From the NCBI GenBank assembly GCA_023920165.1, contig CP089275.1, positions 1-64,000 on the forward strand: a DNA stretch of 64,000 nucleotides. Direction: 5' to 3'. Within the stretch, counting starts at the first letter, position 1; every line of letters begins with the position of its first letter. The notes below the pieces were generated by a model that saw nothing but the letters and a program-made list of their open reading frames with translations, made no database searches and was not told the DNA's origin. Below are positions 1 through 12,174 of the stretch, in pieces. The DNA is from Curvularia clavata (taxonomy: Eukaryota). The translations under genes and the position numbers were made by a program.

Positions 1-125
1 CTAACCCCCTAACCCTAACCCTCTAACCCTAACCCTAACCCTAACCCTAACCCTAACCCTAACCCTAACCCTAACCCTAACCCTAACCCTAACCCTAACC
101 CTAACCCTACCCTACCCTACCCTAA
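1..125. repeat. Telomere (CCCTAA)n
   Basis: Tandem CCCTAA from base 1. The innermost units are CCCTA 5-mer variants at about 106-125. Confidence 0.98.
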
Positions 126-1469
126 GCTAGAAACGTCTTAACTACTTAATTCTAATTATATAGTTCTATATCCCTAGATCTATAATTATAAAGAGATAGT
201 TATAAATCTTTCTTCTATTAATTTAGATATATAACTAAATATATTTATCTACCCTAGTTTAGACTTAGTCCTGAAATCCTTTAACTATAATTTTAAAGAG
301 AAGTCTTTAGATAGGGACCTAAAGGGAGCTGGAGAGGGTACGAGTAATAGTAGAATTTAAGAATAAAAAGCTTTGGGCTCTAATATTCACTAAGGAGTGT
401 AAGCTAACATTAAACTCTTTTAAATAAAGAATAGTAGATACTAGGAAGTATTTTCCTCTAAATAAGTAGAATAAATTAATTTTAGCTAGATTGTACTTAT
501 TTATATCTAGGGCGGAGAGTTTTTCTAGATTTAGTAGTTTCCTGTCTGGTCCTCCTCTAATAAGTATTCGTGTGCTTCTTCGAATTCTTCCTTCTCTACT
601 TTAATTTCTTAAACCTAAGGAATGGGGCATTTATTCGCATAATATCTAGATTTTCCGTAGTTATAGTAATTACTAGTAGTTAGTTTACTATTTAGTGCGG
701 GGGTCTTTAAAGAGAACCTAGAAGTATTAGAATAAGCGTGAGGTTGGGTTAGAGTTGGTTTAGATCAGACTCTATAAGTATTTAGGCGGTAGTCTTAGTA
801 TTAACTAACGCAGGGCTTCGTTAGTAGAGTATAAGAATTATTAGAAGTGGGTTTTAAACTATATCTAAAAAGAGTATTTCTTTACTTAGTATTAAAGGTA
901 GTAAAGTATTATATTATCTTATTAAAGGAGTTATTCTACTAGTATTTAAATTCTAAGTTTAGAATATATAAGGCGGGGGTAATCTTTTCCTATAAGTAGA
1001 AAAACTACTCTAACTTTAATATAGATTCTTTAATAGCAGTACTTATAAATTTTATTTTAAATTTAGCGAAGGTTTCCTTTTTATCTATAAGTAAGCGGTA
1101 GAAAGTAGCGCAGCTTTCTACTTGCTTATTACTAGATACAAAGTATAATTTTAGAGTAGCTATTATATCTTTAGCGTTTTAGAACCGGTCCTCTACTGAA
1201 TTAGCTAGGTACTATAGTTCTAGGTATCCCTTGGCGATACCTATAGTATATTCCTAGACTAGAGCTATACGTGCGCGTTCACTCTAATAATAGTTTATAT
1301 TAATTATTAAGCAGTTTTCTATTAACACTTGCTATTAGCGGAATATAGATTCTATTCTATTACTAAAGTTATTAATAGAAGGGGTATATTCTATAAGTTT
1401 AATACGTAGTAGATCTAGAGTTGCTAACTAGTACTTTCTAAATTAAGTTTTAGTTAGTTTAGCGATAGT

Positions 1470-1740
1470 TGTAACGGCGCGAGCAAGACTAGTCGAATCG
1501 GTTCCGGTGGGAAGTGTCACTCAAATGCATATGGAAGTGCGTGGGACAGCAGAAACACCTTGGATTCGGTAGACACTCATAGGCCTGGTACGAAAGGATA
1601 TCAAAAATCTACCGAACATCTATGGAAGGTACCTGGTACTTATACCTGGGTGCGGGTCTTCATCGGGTCTGACCCGGCTCTCAATCGGATCTTGATAAGC
1701 TGCCCTGGCTGGGGTATGTTTTGGTCTATGCATGGTTACA
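1470..1740. mobile_element. Solo LTR (271 bp) with 5-bp TSD
   Basis: Ends TGTAAC...GTTACA, flanked on both sides by ATAGT (1465-1469 and 1741-1745). Homologous to 3754-4024. Confidence 0.92.
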
Positions 1741-2034
1741 ATAGTTAGTAGTAATTTAGTAGAGGGAAGAGATTGATCTAGGGCTATAGTATTTTAGCGG
1801 AATAGCTATACAATTTATTCGTTTAGCCTGTTAATCTCTATCTAAAAGAGGCTAGTCTTATCCTCTTCCAAATTCTCTTTCTCTTTAACGGCTGGCGGTT
1901 TACTAGACGTCTTCTCTCTTAACTTTAAATCTTAGAAGCGTGGCGACTTTCTAGAAAGCTCTTCTAAGCTAGATAGGGTTAGGTTAGCTATTAACGATTA
2001 TTTTTATAGCTAATAGGTTTTTAGTAGTCTCTAA

Positions 2035-3497
2035 CTCTCGTGGAACTAAAATAGTGCAAAATAAGCTGCCCCACCAAAACAATGCACACACGTCGCAATG
2101 CAAAAACAGCCCAAAATACAGCCAAAATCAGCCAAAATTACATTCAAACCTATGTAAAAAAAACTATCAAAAACGTGAGGCTCTATACTGATACTTATCC
2201 CGTACTTCTTGGAGTCGTAGAGGATATCCGTCTACTGTTTTGTTGATTTTTTCTTGGTTAAGTGCACGCCAAATCTCATGAAAACGCCGCAGCCCCTGTG
2301 CCTTTGTTGCACACCTTTGCTGCCAAAAATCACGGCGGATAGGTGAAACCCAGGTCTCCATAACGCTAAGATCGGGTGATTTTGGTGGTGAGAGGATATA
2401 GTCTAGCCCATGAAGCTCCATCCAGCGTAGAGTCTCTTTACTTGTATGGGCAGAATCTCGATCCTGCCACAAAATCCAGTCACCACCTTTTTCAAGTATA
2501 AAAGCTTGCAGCTTTGGTAAAACAAACTCAGTATATGTTTTAGTGTTCATTTTACCATTTGTTGCCCGCGTAGAATAGGGGAGAGCCCATGCAAAGTCAA
2601 ACCCAACAACACAGAAGACATGAAAGTGACTCTGCTTTTCTGCATCTGGTTTATGGTCTGGGTCGTATTGGATATTACTCGGGTGATATTTCCAGTAAGT
2701 GCCTGGTGGTCTCTTTATATTGCGGGGATATCTTGGGCCAGTCATCCAGTGGACTTCATCACACCAAAGCACATTGCGCCAGTGCTGTGCATTTGGGCGT
2801 ATAGTAATTTGGGTGTTAATGTATGCCGCCCGCCACCGAACTTGTGCAAGACTATGAGCTTCTTTGGTAACTGCCTTATGTGTTTTGATGCCTGACCACT
2901 GAGTAACATGCCGTTGTATTACTTTGGGATGCCATTGTAGGTTCCTAGCACCACGTTCATGCCGATACTCCTTAACTACTCCAGCTTTTTCTGCTATATC
3001 TTGCCAAGAAAAGCTTTTTTCATCAAAGGGAGCGTCTCGGATATAGGTAGAAATAGCCTCAGCGTCAGCGTTGGTTATACCTCGTGGCCGTCCGCGAGTG
3101 TCAGGTGCATCAGAGTGCTGGAGTTGACGGCATCGTCCTGACGCGACGACACGTGATATTGTAGACGGATGTATGCCAAATACTGTAGAAATACGCTGTA
3201 AACTACATGGCTGATTCTCTTCTTGATTGAAATAGACCAGCGCAAGTATGGCAGAGCGTCGGGGGGTGTCTAGTTGTGGTGGTGCGTCGTCAGTTTTGAT
3301 TAGCTCTCTCGGCGGCGTCGTGAGTCGCAAACGCTTTGGCATTTGGATATGTGTATCCTCACATTTCAATAGACCTGTTTTGCATATAAAGTCAGTAAAT
3401 TTGGGTGCGTTTTGGTGGTGTGGTGGGTGGTTGAATGTGGTGGATTGCATTGTTTTGGTGGGGCAGCTTATTTTGCACTATTTTAGTTCCACGAGAG
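2035..3497 (-). mobile_element. Intact Tc1/mariner DNA transposon (1463 bp)
   Basis: Perfect 52-bp TIRs (2035-2086 and 3446-3497, CTCTCGTGGAACTAAAATAGTGC...). CTAA flanks both ends. Confidence 0.95.
2167..3450 (-). CDS. DD34E Tc1-type transposase (427 aa)
   Basis: Motifs WCDE, WQDRDSAH and SPPKSPDLSVME, with 34 residues between the second D and the E. HTH-like N-terminal part. No internal stops. Confidence 0.93.
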   Translation of the reverse strand: MQSTTFNHPPHHQNAPKFTDFICKTGLLKCEDTHIQMPKRLRLTTPPRELIKTDDAPPQLDTPRRSAILALVYFNQEENQPCSLQRISTVFGIHPSTISRVVASGRCRQLQHSDAPDTRGRPRGITNADAEAISTYIRDAPFDEKSFSWQDIAEKAGVVKEYRHERGARNLQWHPKVIQRHVTQWSGIKTHKAVTKEAHSLAQVRWRAAYINTQITIRPNAQHWRNVLWCDEVHWMTGPRYPRNIKRPPGTYWKYHPSNIQYDPDHKPDAEKQSHFHVFCVVGFDFAWALPYSTRATNGKMNTKTYTEFVLPKLQAFILEKGGDWILWQDRDSAHTSKETLRWMELHGLDYILSPPKSPDLSVMETWVSPIRRDFWQQRCATKAQGLRRFHEIWRALNQEKINKTVDGYPLRLQEVRDKYQYRASRF

Positions 3498-3753
3498 CTA
3501 AGTCTCTACTCTAGCGCAATCTACGCGACTTCTCTAAAGTTAATCTAACTATAATTAGTATAGGAGGTCTAAACCTAAAGGCTTTAGTTAGTAGGAGATT
3601 GAAGGGATCCTGCCTATGTGTAAATGTAGGATATAATGGTGTAAAGTATCTAGAGCGGTTCTAGAGGGACTTAGACTTAGACGTAGTCTTAACAAATAAG
3701 CTATAATATTATTTTAAAGGCTGTTACTAGCTAGAATAAAATTTTTAATATAA

Positions 3754-4024
3754 TATAACGGCGCGAGCAAGACTAGTCGAATTAGTTCTGGTAGGAAGTG
3801 TCACTTAAATGTATATAGAAGTGCGTAGGATAGCAGAAACACCTTAAATTTAGTAGACACTTATAGGCCTAGTACAAAAGGATATTAAAAATCTACCGAA
3901 CATCTATGGAAGGTACCTAGTACTTATACTAGGGTGCGGGTCTTCATCGGGTCTGACCCGGCTCTCAATCGGATCTTGATAAGCTGCCCTGGCTGGGGTA
4001 TGTTTTGGTCTATGCATGGTTACA
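3754..4024. repeat. LTR copy 2 (271 bp), partly RIP-mutated
   Basis: Same length and sequence as 1470-1740 apart from mostly C>T/G>A changes. No matching TSD (TATAA vs ATATT), so probably the LTR of the host Gypsy element. Confidence 0.88.
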
Positions 4025-4637
4025 ATATTACTTCCGCCTGAGACCTTACTCTTAACAAGTTGATTTTTAATCAAGATAGGAGATAGACGCAGCGTCTATC
4101 TCCGTCAGCTGTCTATAGTTATTTAGCTACCTAGCTCCAATATATCTACTTGTTACCTATATTTTAACTACTTACTAGACATTTTATATCTATTACTTAT
4201 ATCTTAATAAGCTATTCTAGTTATTAAGAAAGTTATTTTATCTATCTACCCACAACTTTCTTACAATCCTAATACTCTTAGAGATTGTCTATAGTTAGCT
4301 TAGTATCTACTTATTTTATTCCTTAGCTCTTACTTCAATTGATTATTCTTTTCTTGTTTAGCTCCTCTGCCTTGCGCGAAGTCGCCTTCACATAATGCGA
4401 CTGCGAAGTGAATGTGAAAGTAAGTGACTAAACACTATGTATATAGTAAACGCTTGGTACACAAGTGCCTATATTCGACCAAAAGCTCATCATTTCTACT
4501 TGTAAAGTATCTATTTACTGGCTAGAGAAAGACTACACCTGGCTTTCTAAGCGCTTTGTCCGAGCGCCGCTTGGATGATGTATATATTCCGGGTGCTACT
4601 CAGAGCAACTAGAACCTGTGAGCAACCCAAGATACTA

Positions 4638-7600
4638 TTAAGGGGCTACTAGAGGAGCCACAGGGTCTCCTTGGATTTTCCCATACTTCGCTTCCAGCCC
4701 TTCAGTCGCTCGTTCTCCAAGTGCCAACATGTTCTCAGCTCTGAGCATCTGCAGAACAGTAATCTCAAAGCCAAAGGTTGCTTTCCACCAGCTCCGTATC
4801 TCTATCGCGATCAGGCTGTCCAAGCCGACATCTTGAAGTGAGCAATTCACATCTATCTCTTCGTCTTCCTTGTCGTCTATTGGGCGAAGAAGCATGATGG
4901 CAATTTTCTTCGCGATTTGTCGTGCGAGAAAGGTCGCAGTGTCGGGGTGTGTCAAGATACTTGGCTCGGTAAGAACCTGGTTTATGAAATCTTTGACTGC
5001 CTTCGTGGGCGAATCACTGCCAGTGGCTGCAGCAGACGTTGCATCTGAAGATGAGTCAAGGTCGAAATAATATGTCATCCGTCGGTCGTTCTTCCACACT
5101 ATGCGATTTGAAGGATCAGAAAGTGGCGTTTGGCTGCGTACACCAAGACTCATTATAGAACTGCAGGTTCTCAACGTTCCCTCGGTGAGCTTTGGTTCAA
5201 CAGTGCTCAACGCCAATGTGATCGTATCCAGTAACTGTGGTATGCGGATCCCGTATGTCCCCTGTAATCGCAGGCGTTCCTGCAAGAGCAGATTATCAGC
5301 GACATATCCATGGTCGTACATCATGCAAAGGTTTATGGCAGAAGCTCTGAGGCCCAGAGAATGCCTATATTGTACAAAGGCTTCAAGAAACGTGTTCGCT
5401 GCTCCATAGTTCGATTGGCCAGGGCCACCAAAAACACCTGCAAGAGAGCTGAAGAGGAGGAAGAAATCAAGATCAATCTCTCTGGACAGACAGGAATTGT
5501 GTAGATTCCATGTTCCATGAACCTTTGGTTCATTTACTGCATTCCATGCGGAATGGGTCATTTGGCTGAAGTTCATGTCTTGCAACTCCATAGAGAAGTT
5601 CATAATACCACGGACGGGGGCGGTTGCAGCTGTCATGGCCTTTTCTACATCCTTCTCGCTGGAAACACTGCCCTTGATAGCTGTGACAGTGCACCCCTGA
5701 CTTTCAAGATCCTTGAAGAAGTCTTGGTCGGATTCTTTTGCCCCAGCGGATCGAGAAAGGAATATGAGGTTTCGCGCTCCATTCTCAACTAACCAGTTGG
5801 CCACTATGCGTCCCAGCCCACCAAGCCCGCCAGCCAGCAGGTAACTGGCATGTGAGTTGAGAGTAGGCGTTTTCCTCGGATGAGCTGTCTTGAGCCCTAA
5901 GGAAGTGGCTGAACGGTTAACAAGAGGCTCTTTAGAGAGGATAACTTTGCCAATATGGCGACCTTGTTGCATGTATCGAAAACATTGTTCAGCTTCGGCC
6001 ATCTGGAAGTTTTGGATGGGAAAGATAGGCTTGATGTGGCCTGCCTCGTAGAGGTCCACCATCTTTACTAGAAGCCTGCGGCACTCTTTCGGTCGATGTG
6101 TGAATAGATTGGCGAGTTCAATGCCGTGAAAACTGCGATTCTCTGCAAAAGGATGCAAAGACATCCGGCCATTTGCAATCAAGTCCCGTTTGCCGATTTC
6201 TATCATTTTTCCAAATGGAGCTACGCATTCCCAAGACGCATGAAGAAGGTCTCCCGAAAGCGAGTTGAGTACAAAGTCTACTCCAACTTCATTCGTGACT
6301 CGTTTGACATCAGTCACAAACGACCGATTGCGGGAGTTGAAAATACAGCGTCGCGGAATACCAATCTCCTCTTCTAGAAACTTAACCTTCTCTTCCGAAC
6401 TGACTGTACAGTATGTCGTAGCCCCAAGCATGCGACAGATTTGAATAGCGGCAAGGCCAACTCCACCACACGCGGAGTGGATCAAAATAGTCTGCTCACT
6501 TTTCATCTGGCCGACTTCTAGCAAGCCATAGATGACTGTTAGAAATACACAGGGCATTGTGGCGGCTTCCTGGAAAGAGAGCGAACTCGGAAACTTCCAA
6601 CAGTTGACGCTGGGTACAAGAGCTTTGGTCGTGAACAGGCTTGCGCCACCCATGATGATGACGCGATCTCCAACTGCGAGATCCTCAACCTCTGAGCCCA
6701 CATCTCGTACTACTCCCGCAGCTTCCAAACCGAGCACTTGACGTGGCACTTCGAGAAGGTCCATGGCGGTCAATACATCCTACATATATCAGCTCTTATC
6801 TTGAGTCACAATATGTCATATTAGTGCATTGAATCCTTACCCTGAAATTGAGTCCAGTTGCCATTATCTCGACTGCAACCTGGCTTTTACCGGGTTTCTG
6901 GCTAGTACGTGGGGCCCAATGCAGTGTGTCAAGTCTTCCGACTGTTCCAATCGTCAAATCCAATTCAATATCTTCTGCAGCCGATAAGATATTTGCTGGT
7001 TTATGCAGCTCTTGGTTGACGGAGAATGGATAAATACGTGGCACAAGAACGCTTCCATGTTCGATTGCGTACTCGAGTTCCATGTCGCGACTTGGTGTGT
7101 GACCACGGCCACAAAACTTTTGCGCGATTCGGGCTACAGCTTTCCAGCTGGAGCTGTTGATTCGGTCAATCTCGCACATTGCCAGACTTATTCCTACGTC
7201 ATTTCGAATTCCGCGAATAGCTCCAGGTGTTTGGCCCCATCGAGGATGCTCACAGCTATGCTGAGAGCTACGAGTTAGCCATAGAGCCCCATATGTTGAC
7301 TCGGATATTTGGAAAATCAGGCGGCGAAAGTTTTCCCATCGACGGGCGTCAGGATCCATGAAGAACGGTTTGATGACGTCGAGTAAGCAAATAATGTCGC
7401 CCTTTGGTAAGACTGTCTCTGACTCCCAATCGTGAAGCACAGCTTCAAATCGACCACTTTGGGATAACTCAGTTTGCAAATCCTTTGCAATCTGTTGCGA
7501 GCTGTCATCAAAGAGTAAGGTGACTGGCTTCGGCAGAAGTTCGTCAGTCACAGGGCTAGCTATCATGTACGCATGGGTCTGGTATGGTTCAGATGCATCC

Positions 7601-10600
7601 ATCATGCAATCGGTAAGACCACTGAAGCTTGCAGCTCGAAGCTCACTATCCCATCTCTCAGGATGTACATACGGCTCATCAGCGCGCCCATCCTGCTCAC
7701 CTAGCCACCATCCAGGAAGCACACCCATAACAAAGTTAATAGCCTTCATATCCCCGCAAAGTTCCTCAAGGTAAAACGTTCCGTTGGGTTCTAGCAGAGT
7801 ATGAACGTTGCGCAAAGCCTGCTGAAGATTGGGAACAGCGTGTATAACGTTTGTGGCAATCACAAGGTCGTAAGAGTGAGGCTGAAATCCTTGGATAACT
7901 GGGTTTTTCGTGATATCGAGTACCTTGAATTCTAGTGTGGGGTGATCTTTGAATTTTTCCTTTGCCGCACTGAAAAATCCTGCCGATATGTCCGTGAAAG
8001 TGTACGTGGACCATAGTTTGCCTTGGTCGGAAGGATTGATCAAGCTTGATAGAAATTCTTGGGTCGTTCCACCAGTGCCCGCGCCAATCTCAAGAATGCG
8101 CATGTTCGGTTTCTTATGTCCAAGAAGCTTGAAGTAGGGAGTTCGATCGGTGAATTTTGCCTCCTGATAGATACGAGACAAACAATCATCTGCCATCAAA
8201 AGCTCTAGTGGCGAGACTTCGTCAACTGCAAGCTCCATGACGTTCTCTGTGATTCTTTCCATTACGCTCGCAAGCGCAGTGGATGAGCAGTTTTCAGCCT
8301 CTGCTGATACAATTTCCATTGAGCGTAGTGTATCAGGGATGGGCTGCCGCCTCATCCAAGCTACAAACTTTCTCATCGTTTCGGATGTTGGCTCCACATC
8401 CTTGATCCGTTCCAGCGCAGCCTGAATATGAAGTGCGGTTAATTCTTTCATGATTTTTGAAGTGTTCATTACCTCTTGACTGTGTTGCACTAATGCCGAC
8501 ATTGACGCAAAACTAGGATCTAGATCCCAGGTGGTGATGCCACCAGCATGAGGGTCGTTTTCAGTCGTTGTATCCAAAGGCGTCAACTTTAAAGTGTCTA
8601 AATTCATGGCTAGTGACCCTCTTTTGTCAACACCATAGCCGCATGCATGAATTCTACCATATGCCAAAGCTTTTGCTGAAGTGCGTATCTGGAGATCACC
8701 TGAGCAATCGTAGATGTCCAGCTGCTTTATGAAAGTAGGCACGCACAATCGCTCCAATGCATGTCCCTTTCCGTGGCATGCAGCTATGCTCGTGGCTTGG
8801 AAAAATATGTCGATCGTTGTCGGGTGAATCAAATATCTTGATTCACAATCCTTCGGAGTATTGTCAGAAGCCACAGCCTTGGCGACTGGCTCGTCTGCTG
8901 AACTTGCGATATTCTTCAATCCTTGGAAGAATGGTCCGTATCTTGCCCCAACATGCCACATGGCTTGGTACCATTTCGTTGCATGAGATTTTCGTGGTAA
9001 GGTCTCATGACTACTCTTAGGGGGAACTGACGGAGAACTGACTGCCTCGACTGATCCCGTACAATGCTTGACCCAGCTGGTTCCCGAGTACGAGGATATC
9101 GTAAATTCCCACCCATCACTCTCCAGTGTGTCGTTAATCCTCCACTTTTTCAACGATGTAACGACCTCGGTTACTCTGCTTTCTTCCAATATCATTGCAG
9201 TACCGATAACCATATTCTTCACACTGAATCCGGTGAAGTCATTGGTATCATCGGAGGAGTAAAGCCTACGGCTGGCCTCTCCAGCCATGGCAACATAAGC
9301 CGCACAAGGGAATACCACATCTCCATGGATGTTATGGTCTCGCAGCCAAGGAATTTGCTCAAGCTGTAGGATGTTTCTGAAGCTGGGCTGATCCTCACTG
9401 TTCTCCAATATCAATGATCCCAGAAGTTCATGATGTGGAAATCTTGGATAACGCCAAGCTTGAGCGATTCGGTTTTGGAACAAATGGGAGCCGTCGTGAT
9501 CCCAAGGGTACAAAGGAACATCTGTAAGTACTTTCCTGGTTTTTGAGGGGTTGGTAAGGCGATCAGCGTCGAAATTGACTCCATGCTGCCACAAAGTGCC
9601 AATAGCGGCCAAGTATGTTTTATCTGCATCCTGTTCTCGATGAAGGCATGAGACATATGGAAATTTTAATGATTTCTCGGTCAAGGCTTGGCGAATGGGT
9701 CCTGAAAGGGCACTGTGAGGCCCAATCTCGAGAAAGCAAAGATCACGCTGTGTCGAGTCTTTGCATTTTGACACAAGGCTATCGAAAGCCTCTAGGAAAA
9801 GCACTGGGGATTCGAGGTTGCGACGGAAGTAGTGGGCATCAACGTGCTCGGAAGCTGGCAAGAGTCCTCCTGTCACACTGGAGAAGAAGTATGGCGGAGA
9901 AGATGCTCTTTTCCGAGGATCCTCATCTTCTCGAAAAGATGCGATTTTACTCTTGTATGCGGCTCCAGCAGGAAGCATGTGGTGTGAATGGTATGCAACA
10001 TCTACTCTCAACATGCGTACAAAAGTCTCGGGTTGTTGGGTCTGAATGGCATTTACTACCTCACTGACAGATGTTGTATCACCAGAAATGGTGACGTTGG
10101 ATGGAGAGTTGTTGCATGCAATCACAACACCTTCTGTGAGATATTTGGTTGCCTCGTCCCAGCTCAAACCAATGGAGGCCATTCCACCACCCCGTACTAT
10201 TTCTTGCGAAACAACCCCGCGGTAATAAGCAATGACAATAGCAGCTCGACGAGATATCATGCCGGCTACATATGCCGCAGCTATTTCTCCGGACGAATGT
10301 CCAAGTACAGAATGAGGGGTAATCGCAAGATCGGCCAGAGCGTCGACAAGAGCCACTTGGATAGCAGTGCACAGTGGCTGCGAAAGCGCAGCTTCACTCA
10401 GACGACTGTAGTCGGCATCTTTTGCCAGCTCTTCCTCTATACTCCAAGGGGGTGGCGGTTGCAGAGTCTTCAACTCACGATCCATGGCTCTAATCGAAGA
10501 AGCAAATGTGGCATTAGACTGTAAAAGTTCGATCCCCATGCGTGGCCACTGCGCGCCCTGGCCGGTAAATATCATGGTCAGGTGCGGTGAGGAGGCTCCA

Positions 10601-12174
10601 GTGAAGTGAACACCGGGACGGAAATCCATGGATATGTCTTTTACGACTGCGAAAGCGCGGTGAGCGAGGTGTTCGCGTCGACAAGCTAGTGTGTAGCAGA
10701 TGTCATCCATCTTCTTAAAATCGTTTCCATAATTGCGAAGGTCTTGCAAGCGGACCTGTAGAGAGTCTGCGGTATTTGCCGTGACAATGAACAGCTTTCC
10801 TGAGTCCTCAGGTTCGGTCAGGTTTTGTTTCATGGAGAACTCGTCCTGCTGATCCGATGATTGGCCTATCTGAGACGATTTGTATGAGGTTGCAGATTCG
10901 AGTATAACATGAGCATTGGCGCCGCCAATTCCAAAACTATTGACGGAAACTCTCTCGAGTTTATCTGCGGGCCAGTTTGTACACTCAGTCGGAACTTTGA
11001 GGTTCTTTTCCACGAACGGAATACTAGGGTTTGGTGTTTCGAATTTGATATTTGGGGGGATGAGTCGATTCTCTAAAGCCAAGACGGCCTTGATCACGGA
11101 AGTGATTCCTGACGCTCCCTCTGAATGGCCAACATTTGGCTTCACCGACCCAATGTAAACGCCACCATTACCGAAAACATTACCCACAGCCTTTGTTTCG
11201 ATAGGATCACCCGTAGGCGTTCCTGTCCCGTGACATTCCACAAATGCAGTTCGTGAGATGTCAGTTTCTGCAATGCCAGCAGACCTGTATGCCTTACGCA
11301 TCATCTGCTCCTGACTAGATGAGCTGGGTAAGCTCATGCCCTGTGTTTTTCCATCTGCGTTTGCTGCAGTTCCACGGATTATAGCACGTATTGGATTCCC
11401 GTCCCTGATAGCAGCAGCCAATGGTTTGATGTAGATCATGTTGACAGCTTCCCCACGGGCATACCCGTCAGCACGTGCATCAAATGTCCGACAAGATGAT
11501 TCGAGCGAGAGTACGCCTTGCTCTGACATATCAGACATTGCATCAGGACTCCAGAGTAGATTGCAGCCACCAACTAGGGCTGCGCTGCAGTCTCCGTTGC
11601 GAACTGCAACGCATGCTTCGTGCAAGCTCAACAACGATGCGGAGCATGCTGTCCGGACAGTCATACTTGGGCCCTTCAAATCATATTCGTAAGCTAGTCG
11701 GTTTGCATGCATGAAGTCACCATGACCGGTGATTTTATACATGCTTTTCGACAGGTGGTCTTTTAAAGACATCTCCATCCAGTCGTTTCCGAACGACCCA
11801 ACATATGTCCCAATGTCTTTTCCGCGCCAGTTGATCTCTCCAGCGCTCTCAAAGCACTCTCTTACAAGCTCAAGAAGCAGCTTTTGTTGTGGATCTGTGC
11901 GACCGGACTCTTTTTGTGACATGCGAAAGAAGGATGTATCGACGGCGCCCACTTCGGCACTATCATCCAGGAAGTAGCCATATTGGGAGTTTATGTACCC
12001 AGATTTTCCTGAAGCTGAATGAAACGCTTCGGCGTCGAAACGTTGCAAAGGAATGCGACCGCGAGCGTCTTTCTTTTGAGTGAGAAGCTCCCAAAACTGA
12101 TCAGGTGTTTTTAGCCCGCCGGGCAAGCGAAGCGCCATGCCACAGATAGCAATTGGTTCAGGTGGATGATCCAT
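4638..12174 (-). CDS. Highly reducing iterative type I polyketide synthase KS-AT-DH-cMT-ER-KR-ACP (~2491 aa)
   Basis: KS motifs TACSAS, ECHGTGT, GHSEGASG. AT motifs GHSSGE and YHSHH. DH motif WLRDHNIHGDVVFP. cMT motif ILEIGAGTGG. ER motif IHSACGGVG. KR motifs GGLGGLG and YGAAN. ACP motif GLDSL. One GT-AG intron at 6780-6840 joins NFR|DVLTAM. Confidence 0.97.

Larger units (their letters stand above)
126..4024 (-). mobile_element. RIP-degraded Ty3/Gypsy LTR retrotransposon (putative 5' LTR, gag, start of protease), truncated by the telomere
   Basis: AT-rich with TpA excess. Minus strand at about 627-668 reads YYNYGKSRYYANKC, a RIP form of the CxxCxxxGHxxxxC knuckle. Near 125-185 it reads IDLGI*NYIIRIK*LRRF, protease-like. 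An LTR lies at 3754-4024. Confidence 0.75.

Noticed and set aside
1470..4024. Composite element made of two LTRs carrying a Tc1 transposase
   Set aside because: The left LTR has its own ATAGT TSD and the Tc1 has its own TIRs and TSD, so these are independent nested insertions.
4870..12083. Many short plus-strand ORFs over the PKS, and similar ones over other genes
   Set aside because: Antisense or alternate-frame shadows with no motifs.
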